From Tubiluchus corallicola (Eukaryota > Animalia > Priapulida): a stretch of 64,000 nucleotides of DNA. How positions within the stretch are numbered: position 1 is the first letter of the stretch; each line of letters begins with the position of its first letter. The notes below the pieces were generated by a model. That model had not been told where the DNA came from and did no database searches. It worked only from the letters and a program-made list of their open reading frames with translations. The stretch spans positions 625,126-689,125 of the forward strand of contig JAQGDQ010000069.1 in assembly GCA_030141605.1 (NCBI GenBank). The letters run 5' to 3'. Positions 51,218-63,000 of this stretch are shown here, piece after piece. Made by a program: the position numbers and the translations under genes.

Positions 51218-54200
51218 GCCGAGTTTTTATATATCACACTGAATGTTGCACAGTACTTCAATTTTCATGCAATTTTTGTGCTTTTAGAAATTATACTCAG
51301 TAGTGATGTCATCACTAGTTAATTAAGTTCTTAACTTATTACTTAATTATCTCAAACGCCTTGGCATTATTATAGGTGTTAAATTTTATGCTTTTTACCG
51401 TACTTCAAAATGGGAAAGGGTGTGGAAAATCATCCGGTTTTCCTTTAAAATAATTGTATATCTGATGGTACAAATTTGAAATTTTAATGTACAGATAGTA
51501 AAATAATATGAAGTTCCAAGGCGAATTATCAACAGGTTGCTGTGTGCGCACAGCGAACAAAATAAGCAAAGCCGCACCTAACCAACGAATGGATGGGTGA
51601 CCATTGGCTCAACACTCGCTTTGGGTGGTTTAATACTACCATGGGTATTTAATATCGTTGATGAAGGATGTATACAAATCTAAACAAAGCCGAAACACCA
51701 TAGCCATCTAACTGAGTATGCTCCGCTGTTGAGCGTTGGATCCATGTCAAACTGTACAGTAAATTATTAGAAAAAAGATTATCCAGAGAGTGTATCCTAC
51801 ATTTAAATGGCATACAAAAGCATGCAAGAAAGTAAGAATGAGAAAACATGCGAATAAACAACTGAGTGAACGAAAAGGCGAACGAACAAACGAGCAAACA
51901 AACAACCGAAAAAGAAAGTATATTATACATAATTATCAATATTATTTGGTTGTTTAATACAGTTTCATTGATTTGTATTTTATTTCATTTTATATTCGTA
52001 TTTTACATGGTTTTAGCTGCCGAAAAAAATCGGAATTGAATTAAACGTGAATAACGGTTGCGTGTAAATAGGCAACTAAGGCAAGTTACCAGATAAAATC
52101 AAGTAAAAAATAAATAATAGCATAAATAAGCAAAACAAGTGGAGGCGCACAAAATAAGATCAAAATTTTAAAACTATTGCTATTTTTGCGTTTTTGTTTA
52201 AATATACACCAGCTTGCTTACACCAGCAGTAACCCCCCTCGCAAATTTCACGCATACCCCGCGGGTAGTTTCTTGTCTCAAATTGAATTGCTGGCGTGGG
52301 ACGTTTCTCTGTACTTTAATCCTATTGTGTTGACTGGCCTGATGACTCTAATCGTCTGTAAGTTCTGATGGAATTTTATATTAACTTTCGTTGGTTAATG
52401 CAGGCGCGGCATTAAAGACGTCAAAACGATTACACATGGCCAAATCATGGCTATGGGGGTAGACTAATATTCAGCTAAGGTGGTACTTATTTGACAGAGG
52501 GCTAGAGACAGCCGAGTAATTACTTAAAGTCCTATTTTTAAGAAAGCCTTGATGGAGTTTGCCTATTTGCTGTTCAATGCCGCCCAAATTTCCTAGTATG
52601 ACAGCTCCAAATAAAACTTTGTGGTTTAATTTGTGTTTTTTATCAAATCACACTGCCATTTGCATATTAAAATGTCCTCTTTTGATAGTTAGTTAAATTA
52701 GTTAATTAGTTACTTTAGTTAGTTAGCTGGTAGTTACATTTGTGGAGTAATTTGCGATTTTAACTACAAAGCGTATAGGACAAAGGACTAATATCGTAAG
52801 TTTCACAGTTGAACAATTAATTTTTTTGAAATTGTATTGAATGGAAACTTAACAATTTAAAGGTGAAATTTCACAATGTATAAGCTTAATCGTTAATAAA
52901 CATTTGATCTCACTTTCTAAGCCTACTATTGGCCTCAAAAATGTCTCGGATTAATAAAAGCTAAAATTATTGCTAGAATTACTCAAACTACTTTCTATTG
53001 AGATGACAAACAGCTAATAAAGGATTTTATAATAAATATCATTATAATTTTTCATTTCAAAAATATAATTTTAAAATAACAACCGTCTTTTCACTAAAAT
53101 TCGTCGTTTGTGAAGAAGATTTTTTCGGCATTATCCTTGATCATTTTAATTTTGGCATTTTATTTTGACAACATTCGCGCACGACTCACTTCTTAATAAA
53201 CTTCTTAATGACAGCATGTGTGGCGAGTTAGATTTTCCAATTTGTTTTGAAAGGAAACCGCACCGTATCCCATGTTTCCCTAAAACGCTCGTCGTTTTTC
53301 CCAAACTACCCACATAACACGGCTACAACTCTCCACTCACGAGCCGTGTTATTTCAGCTTGCTTAGGAGACATCTTGCCCGAACTACACATGACGATGAT
53401 GATCATAATATTTTGTATATCTGGCGTAACATTTTCTGAGTCACGGGCAGCCCATAGGGGAGAGAAGGTCAGTTACACCTCTTTCTTGAAACTGGCCTCT
53501 GTTGTGTGCATATCAAGTGCCCACAATTTGCCGATTTGAACATTACAAATGGCTGTTTCAAAACAGAAAAAAGTTTTCTCATTGTGTTCGTTTTGGAGGC
53601 GAGACCAGACTCAGCCAGCACCCTTGGTCGAGTTTCTGGATCCGCCACTCTGGATGGCTCTAATGTGGTAGTGAAAGTCGGATTGCAAGAATTTCTTTCT
53701 CTTCAGCCACCCCGCGAGTTGCTGGCGCCTGGACCATATAAACTGTAAGATGTGACCCAGTGAATTAGCCAATGCGTCGTGTCCTCACTGTGTGGTTTGT
53801 TTAGTATGAAGAAAAATCGTGTCTAGCGACTCAGTTATGCCGCACATGAAGAGAAAAAATGGCGCGACACAAAGCGTTTAAAAATGCTTGCATGACAACG
53901 AAGTTCGACAAAAAACTCTATAAATGTTTGCAAGAAAATGACCCGATTTTAAATAACTACACATGTCTATTTCGTGATTTTTCTTTTGTGAAATTATTAA
54001 ACTGCTTTATTTTCAAGTAAGTATCATTTTAGTACGTGTAATTTTATCTCTTTTTAACCCCCTTTTTGGTTATTAGTCCTTGTTATTGTTGTTGTTACAT
54101 TTGCAAGAAACGCTATATTAAAAAATAAAGTTTGTTGTTTGAAGTGTTTCTCTTTTCAACAGCTGACACCTGATTAGTGTTTAACTGAATTGGAAAATAT

Positions 54201-55279
54201 ATATATTTATATATATATATATATTTCACGTATAGCTCGTAATTTCGGAATTCTGAAACTTTTTTAGCTACGCTGAACTTTAGATTTTTGTCCTAAACCG
54301 TCATTGTCTTTCAAACACGTGCAAACAGACTATCAACATCCTCATACTGGGTTGTTGCAGCATTTAATCTACCAGTTATTTACGAGTTAGTTAATTTTGC
54401 TATTTTCGAAGAAAGTCAGCGATTTTGCTTGGCTTGCAAGTAAGATAAACCAATAAACCAAGACAATTTAGAGTACTTCCACTAGACAATGCTACTACCA
54501 CAAGCGTTTCTAGTAAAATTGGGTCTTTGTCGGTCGGGCAACAGATTTGCTTTTAAATTGAAATTGGTACATTTTATGCTAAAATCGCTTGTTCTTGAAA
54601 TTAAAAAGATCTTATCGCCTTCCTTAGCGTTCCAGTGCGTCTATTGTTTATGCACCATTAGAATATTCTCTGATATTTTACGAGAGATCGCAGCTCTCGT
54701 GGCGCCGATAAAGTCTTTTAACGGCCAGTATTGACAGCCTAGAATAAAATCTGAGAATTTTCATGGGCGACCGCAAATCGGAGGCTCACTCCTCGGCTCC
54801 AAGCCTCTGATTTATCACCCAGGGCGACCATTAATGCGCCATTGTTTATTTAAGATTTTCTCCCTAATGGGTAGTTTAAAAAAGACCACCATATCATCAG
54901 CCGCATGATCAGTCTACGGCACAATGCCAAAGGTATTAAGGAAAACGCTTTCAAGTTTAAAGAGCTGGAATAATTGCTTGGATCCTGGATTGAAAACTTG
55001 CACGTCTCTTGCTACAATTATCTCATGTAGCAAAGTAATAATGAAGTAGAGTTAAAATGGAATACTGTGATTTTTTTGTTAATGTTTTTCGTGAAGTCGA
55101 CGTACATGACAAGAGGGGCGATTAGTAAAGTTTACTTTATAGTTTGCAAAAAATAGTGGACCTTGGTCTAAGCAGTGCTCGATTTAGGCTTACTACTTCA
55201 TATATTTTAAAATGACTGCATGTGCTGTGTATTAGTACTTTACTAATACTTCAATATAGTAGGTCAATATAATGGCATA

Positions 55280-55800
55280 AATTGTCCAACCCCCCAAAAA
55301 TTGCAAGAAAACGAGTTATTATGACGTAATATTTGGTCGGGGCAATAGCTTAACAAAAACAGGCCAAAATTGGAGTATCACAAAGGGTCTGATTATAATG
55401 TCAAAAATGGTGAAATCAGAATGATGAAAAGATGCTCATTTTCTCTCAGAAGCAGGAAACTTTGCACAATGCTAGAACCTGTTATGAAGTCACTCGAAAT
55501 TCGTCCAATATGGCCGCAATTTTCAAGATGGCCGACAATATGGCTGTTTCTAGCTTATATAGGTTGTAGCTTACCTATCAGAGCAGATAGGATGATGATT
55601 CTGATGTCTAAATATAGGTTTTCAAGGTCAAGGATGCTGATCTATAACTGATGCTTAAGTGCCCCTATAATGTCACCCCATTTCAAAATGGTTGCTACGA
55701 TAGCTGTAAATGCTGCACAAAATGGCAGAATTGCTCTTTTTGCCTTAAAGAGCACGAAACTTTGCACAATGAAATCCACCTGTTTTGTCAATTGACACGC
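55280..55800. mobile_element. Probable non-autonomous DNA-transposon-derived repeat
   Basis: Internal repeats aaactttgcacaatg (twice) and ttcaagatggccgac / ttcaaaatggttgc; the left-end segment recurs, diverged, at about 56362-56450. No TIR or TSD was resolved. Confidence 0.4.
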
Positions 55801-56864
55801 AAGTACTGGCATAAGTTAACAATTTTACTTGTTTACTTTGGATATCCAGATCCCCAGCGACAACCCAAGTTAGATCTGAGATTTAAGAATAAAGGTTTTA
55901 AGAGAACTGAATCTCAGTAAAGTCAGTGGAAAAAAGGCACATTGTGTGGGATGCAGCCATCTAGCTATCCACTTCTCTAGGCTCCGCGTGCACTCACGTA
56001 ACTTGAGTGCTATAATTACTGACCTATCAAAAATGAAACGAGATTTTATTCCATCCATGTGCAGTAGGGGGCACTAAAGTATCAGGGTTTTCGTCAATGT
56101 AGGCCGCGTGTGTATAATTACCAAAAAATGAATAAAGAATAAGAGAAGTGTTTTATTTCATGCGGCCATTCTGGTGTCATTTGAATGACGACACGTGTCG
56201 TGTATTATACAAATTGGCAAAACGTGAATAGGAGGGAATGTAACCATGTCGCCTGTCACTGTACCTTAAAGCTTAATCTACCTTGTCCCACTTTCGTTTA
56301 TGTACAAACATATTTTAAAAGGTTTTAGCTCGCTTTTTACATACGAAAACGTAAAGGAATGAATTGTGCAACTCCCCCAAAAAAATGCAAGGAAACGATT
56401 TATAGAGTTTTTTTGTAATATTTGTTCGACAAAACATAAAGTAAAACAGACTCCTTATTCAGACTTTAGAGATTCAGTGTGCATTTTTTGTAATAGCAAG
56501 ACTTAAAAGAACAAACTATTTAAAAAAAAAATACAACGAGATTTAAGCAAGAACATCAACTTGTTTAATTACACTGAGTGTTGCTACAACCTTTGACAGA
56601 GGTCAATAGACAACTCAAAGGCTTCCCAGACGTTTTCCAAGCATGCTTGCAGTAAAACTTAAGCAGAAATTTCTCTAGGCTGTCCTCAAAGCAAATAACT
56701 CTCAGCCGCAATACCTCATTTTTCTCGTGGACATATCTCTGTGATGTTAGAATAAAGATTAGGATCTTGTACAGTCAGAAGTGAGGCGTTCAGTCAAAGA
56801 GCAGCCATTATCTTAGTTATAAATCAACTCTTAAATTGTCTGTAGAGAGAGCGAGAACGTTTGG

Positions 56865-57114
56865 CTTGCTGTAGAGAGGAAGAGAAAGAAAAGACAGAGA
56901 GAGAGAGAGAGGGAGGGAGCGCGAGAGAGCTTAAGAGAGAGAGAGAGAGAGAGATAGAGGGAGGTAGAGAGCGCGAGAGAGCTTGAGAGAGAGAGAGAGA
57001 GAGATAGAGGGAGGGAGGGAATGTGTATGAGAGAGTATATTGGAAGAGAGCGAAATAGAGGGACAGAGAAAGAAGACAGAAGGGGGTGTGTCAGAGTATA
57101 ACAGGGAGAAAGAA

Positions 57115-57205
<91 letters not shown>

Positions 57206-57319
57206 GAGAAAGAAAGATAGGGGATGGTAGAGTAAGGGAGAAAGGAAGGAAAACCGAGGGAGGAAAAGAGAGAGAGAAAGATAGGGGGTGGTAGAGTAAG
57301 GGAGAAAGGAAGGAAAACC

Positions 57320-57415
<96 letters not shown>

Positions 57416-57432
57416 GAGATTGGAGGGAGAGA
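56865..57432. repeat. Compound (GA)n purine tract with internal tandem duplications
   Basis: Long (GA)n runs with duplicated spacers gagcgcgagagagctt and ggtagagtaagggagaaaggaaggaaaaccgaggga. Confidence 0.95.
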
Positions 57433-58747
57433 GTACGATAACAGGATTCTTAGCAATAAAAAAGAGACAATGATGTTTTTTGCTTGATTAAATCCTGAGC
57501 ATGCCAGAATTCAACTGTGTGCTTAATATAGGAACGGCATGAATGTGGAACATGTATATAGTTTCCTCCCGACATGGAATACCCGATCACCCACGGTGCT
57601 CATCTTTTCGCATGATTCCGCACCTTTTCTCCGTCTCCTCGGCCATCCATCTACCGTCGACGTCTGACGCCGGTCTACATAAACCATCACCACCAGCGTT
57701 TATTTAATCCTGTCTTCTGCCACTTTCTGACCGCCCAAGCAGAGGGAGGCAGGAAAGTCAGTGTAAGAGCCACATGTTTTCAGCGAAGAAGTGGCCTCAG
57801 ATAAACTTTGTTAGAACTTAATTACCTTTGATGGCACAATGCTTCGCTAGGACCCTCAACTGCTGGGAAAAGGAGATTTCTTAGTCGCCTCAACTCGTTT
57901 CCTAAAAGCTCGGACGACTTTATCAGCTGATTCATGCAACTTTTTAACCCGAAAACCGTTCACTCGCTGCTTAATTGACTAGTTTCTTAGTTCATTGGTA
58001 GTCCATTTACATGTAGAAGGCAACTACGAAACTACTGCAGATCCACTACAAGATGCCCGTGTTTAGCTATTTCACATATCATTTGACTGATTTTCTGATC
58101 ACTTAGTTTAATAGCCAACTGTCTGTAAATAGCCCTACTGGCTAGTTACCCTATCGCCTGTTTGATTAGAATTTTAACTTTTTGTCGAATCCTACGGACA
58201 ACCAGTACCTTATCTATTGTAATGGGGAGCTGGTTAGCTTTCAGCTTCTTAGTCCTTTTTAGCCTAAAACATCCTAGGGTCTAGTGCTTTGGTGCTTTGG
58301 GGTGTTTGTAAACTTAGTTATCACACTGACTTACTAGTTTGTTTTTTGTTAGTAGGCCTTCATTTGAATGTTGTGATTCAGGTGCAGGTATCTCACAATG
58401 TTATTAGACTCATTTTAGTTATTTCTTTTCATTTAGATAGATAGTAAATGCAATTTATTAGCACAAAAAATATTTGGCAGTCTTTGAGTTGATCGGCAAT
58501 TTACATTCGGTGAGGTAGAAGTTCACTCCACAGACCTAAGCTGCAATGTAACAGGGAAGGGAAAACATAATTTAGCTTTCGTGTAAAAATGGTCAGAGTT
58601 GGTTAGGATGGCCTTATGAAATCTTAACTTTTAGCAAATTAATGATTGAATGAATGATGTGCTTGTAGTGAGAAAAATAACGCATCAAGGATGATTAAGC
58701 TGCGCGCGCATCTGCTGCAGCGCAGTGAAGCCCTCGGCAGTGAACCC

Positions 58748-58783
58748 CTACACATAACCATCGGCGCCAATGGTTATGTGTAG
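58748..58783. other. 36-bp near-perfect palindrome centred on GGCGCC
   Basis: ctacacataaccat-c-ggcgcc-a-atggttatgtgtag; one mismatched pair. Confidence 0.9.
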
Positions 58784-59857
58784 CAAAAGCCAAATGATTG
58801 TCATAACTTCAACATGAGTTGTTAAAAAGCGGTGCTTGATGCTGGGGCGGCTTCCGTCCAAAGGTTGCTCTACTCATTAGACCCCTTTTGCCATTTTTCA
58901 ACTTCAAAAGTAATCATAAATGCGCCAACTGTACGTTGGACTTTCTGAAAGCAATGAAAGTTTTTCTCGGTTGGGCGACCCCAGTCAAGCTTGGTTCCTG
59001 TCTTGTGGGTTACGCCCTTATCTAGGGCTGGTCCTTTGTGGAGCTGAGCGTCATGGTTTGTTTATGTCTGCCCTCTACTCATCACCGCCGCAGGGAGACA
59101 CCAGTATTCCAACTGTACAAATACCCCATCTGTGTTTAGATGTGTTTTCTGCGAGCCTCTGATTGAAATTGAACTTCAATAAACTGCTAGATGCCATTAG
59201 GACTTGGAAGAGCAGAAGCTTTAACGTCAAGCCTTAAATGTTCGAAGCCTTATACCGCTCACAATTTAACGCATCCATGGCCAGAATAAAGGGGCGGTTA
59301 GAGTTAATGATTTGCGAGGGTTGTTTCCAGCTTTCAATTTTATGACATGTAGATATTGTTTCTTGGCACAGGACAAGGGTTACTTTGCTGTACTTTTTGA
59401 ATTCTTGCTTAGCGCATGGTAATATTAAAGGGAAGAAAGGGAATTTTAAAGCACGGTTTGTCCTAAAAAAACTTCCATACAAAGTAATGTTACTTAGCAT
59501 TACACTTACCTGTTTGAAAGACGAGTAAGCTAAGCATATTAAATTACTCGTTATTTTTTCCTTCAGAATTTATGATTAAAGGTTTTGTCTCAAATTATTT
59601 TTCCATTTATAAGTAAAAATGATGTCAAAATCCAAGTTGTCTATTTGTTTAATCAGACATCTCGATCTAACTAAAAATGCAGAAACATAAATATGTTTTG
59701 TTCTTTAAACTTCTTCGTAAAAATTTATTTTCTTGCTCAAAAGCTAAAATTAATGATTAGTCAATTAATAACATTGTGATTTCGAAGCCTAGTTTATTGC
59801 GTTGTGATAAGTCAGTTACGGTTACTACAGTTAATAAAAAATATTTTTTCCTTCTAG

Positions 59858-60003
59858 AGGGTCGCGAATGCGTGAACTGCGGGGCGACGTCAACGCCGCT
59901 CTGGCGGAGGGATGGCACAGGACACTACTTGTGCAATGCTTGCGGATTGTATCACAAAATGAATGGACAGAATCGACCGCTAATAAAACCCAAAAGAAGA
60001 CTG
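59858..60003 (+). CDS. GATA123: GATA1/2/3 N-terminal zinc-finger exon ([49 protein letters not shown])
   Basis: CX2CX17CX2C GATA finger essentially identical to the GATA2/3 N-finger; cttctag acceptor and gtaggt donor. The C-finger exon was not found before 64000. Confidence 0.97.
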
Positions 60004-63000
60004 GTAGGTTCAGTTCATTTATTTTTATCTACTTGATTATTTTAGGATGATTGGATGTGATCCAGACAATTGCCTCCTCGTGGAAGCGATTTTGTGGCAT
60101 GAACACAAAAATGAACCTCTTTCTTGGATATTCTAGCGGCTTCAATAACCTAAAGATTTACGACTGTTACCACCATAATCACCACCATTAACACCAACGT
60201 TGGTGCCACTTGTGCCTCTGGCACCATAACCACTACCACTACTAATATTTACTCTATAAGTATGCAATATACCTAATATAATATACCATGTATACCAAGG
60301 TATGTACGTGGGGTACATACTTTGGGATATATAATAATATAAATATATAATATAATAATATAATATGTAATATAATATACCATGTATCCCATGTTTGTAC
60401 AAAGACTGTAACTGGTAATTTTTGTAAGTCAATGTTGCTGTCTCGTTTCGTTTCTAATTAAATCATTGCTAATCGCTCTTTTACAGACTTTACATTTCAG
60501 CCTGAATGACAGCTCTTAATGAAAATACGAAATAAGCGTTTACAGTGTCAGGCATAATTACTTAATTGCCACACTAAATGCTGCGATGGGTGTTTGGGAG
60601 ATGCAGTCAGTTAAGCTAACATCTGTTGCCATTAATTACCTTATAATTAATGAGTGATTTATGAGGTATTTTGTTAAGAGACTACAAGCATGATACACTA
60701 TACAAATGTACAAAATATATTAATATGGAATTAATTACGCATTTTATAAATAAATTAATGAATGATAAATTAACAAACACATAAATAAATAAAGGAATTA
60801 ACAGACAAATAAATAAATAAAACAAAAATTATTTAATTAAACAATAAATTAGCTAATAAGTAAATAAATGATGTCTTCTGTTTTCAGTTTGACGATGTTA
60901 TTTCTTTTTCAGGGAATTATTTTCTCAGTTATCAATAGCTTAATTACCTGCCTGCATTAATTAGTTAATTAATAATTACATTTTAGCCGATTACATGAGT
61001 AAATAAATAAATAACAACCAACCAACAAACAAATAAATACATATATAATAAAGCAAATTAGGGAAACAAAACTAACTGCTTCTTTACATTCTTGTATTTT
61101 TTTGAACAACAGTGCACATACGTATATTGTTATGCGTAAACCTATCTTATTTGTTGTTAATTAACATGATTAAACTTCTACTAATTATTGTTCTATAATT
61201 TACCTGTTGTGAGATTAGAAAAATCAATTTCGTACTTGCCAAATCTATTTTAACTACGTTTACTGTGCAAAAACTCCCAAACGTTGAGATCAATTTCAAC
61301 TTGCTGGATACTTATCTCCAGTTTTTGACTATATACGCATCACCGTACGTGGGGCGGGGCGGGGCGCTGAGGGCGAAGAAGATTTCACAAAGGTGCAGAA
61401 GGAAATAGCCTTAGCCCGAGTGATATCCAAAATAAGTACACATAATCATTTAGAATATAGATTATAATCACCATTTAAAAAACAAAATATTTTTGCGTGT
61501 AGGCAATCTTTAGGCATACGTGTTAGTTTATTTGGTCCAGATTAGGCAGTTTTTAAAACTGGTATATGAATCTTCACCGTGTAATTTTACGTACAAACAG
61601 AAATTACGTACGCACAGAAAAATAAAATAATATAAATATAAACAAATTTAAATAGATATACATACATACAAATACATATAACTAACATATATGCCTTAAA
61701 ATCATCACTTCCACGGAGATACAATAACAACAGTTTACTATTACTATATTGTAAAGTATTAATATTTAAAGGCAATAACATGTTATTTAAGTGACTGAAC
61801 ATAGCATTGTATATATTTTTATATTTGTTTATATATATACATATTTGTATTCAATATAACATTATAGTGATTGCAATAGCCATAATATATAAATGGAGGA
61901 AGTCCAAATTATAATAACCTTCGCTAAAAAATCATGAGTTTAACAAAATTCAACTTGTGTTTTCACTGAGCAAACATGCAAATACTTTCAGACATATTTT
62001 TCTATTGTTTAAGAAATTCAAAAGAAATACATATGTAATAGTGACCATGTTTTCCATGTGGGTCTATGTTTTTCTTTTGCAAACATGACTGTTACCATGT
62101 CAGTGTATTGATAAGCATATACGTAAAAGTATGTAAGAACTTTTGAGGAGGTTTAGTGAACAAAATTTGATAAAAAGCACTATAATTAACTTTAAAATTA
62201 ATAAAAGTTAAAAACAATTCCGTACAAGAAACACTTTAATTGCAGAACACCCTCCCTCCCTCCCGAAACTCCATGCTGATGCCCGTATGGCTATATGTTT
62301 TAATTTCGATTATTTTGGGAGTTAGAAGTTACTCACTTTTATAATACGCATTTGCTAATTGCATCCCCATGATGCGTGCTTCTCGAACAGCTGCGTACAT
62401 GCAAGTTTTGCATGACCTGGAATTTTAAAATTATAATTTCATGTGTATAATGTCTGTCTTCATTACCATCAAAGTAGATTTATCTTGTAATAAAATCTTA
62501 AACTGTAGTTCGTCGTTATTGTAACAGTTATTTGTGCATTGATATTTTAACTTACTTTTATCAACTATTTCTATCTATATGCCTGTGTTCGAAAAACGTT
62601 AGAATTAAAGAGACTTAATATAGGGTATATAAAAAGCTGTCCATTCTGATTAAGTGTGTATTAAGGGCCAATCTATAAGAGTTTCGGGGGGTGCTCAGAG
62701 AAATAGGTGGCATAAAAATTAAACAGCTAAATGGCTAATATCGTATGTAAACAAACCACAAAGTGCACCCAAATGTCACTGAAATACAAATTTCTACTAT
62801 TCTAAATTCGTAAACCTGTAGAATATGAATCCACATTTCATATAGGACTATACTGTTGGAATATGACACCTCCATGTTTTTCCGCCCCTTCTCTTCTTTT
62901 TCTTTCTATATTTCTTTTGTCTCCTCCTCTTCTTCCGATTTTTCATTGTGATTAAATTGTTGCACCTGGAGAAGACATTTTACCTGTCTTATCAAATTAA

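Noticed and set aside
53635-53649. Harbinger-like terminus TCTGGATCCGCCACT; likewise a hAT-like start CAGGGTTCCCAC near 18205
   Set aside because: Single ends only, with no partner terminus or target-site duplication seen.
54701-54716. BMP-response element GGCGCC...GTCT
   Set aside because: The spacer is 6 nt, not the 5 nt of the canonical GRCGNC-N5-GTCT element.
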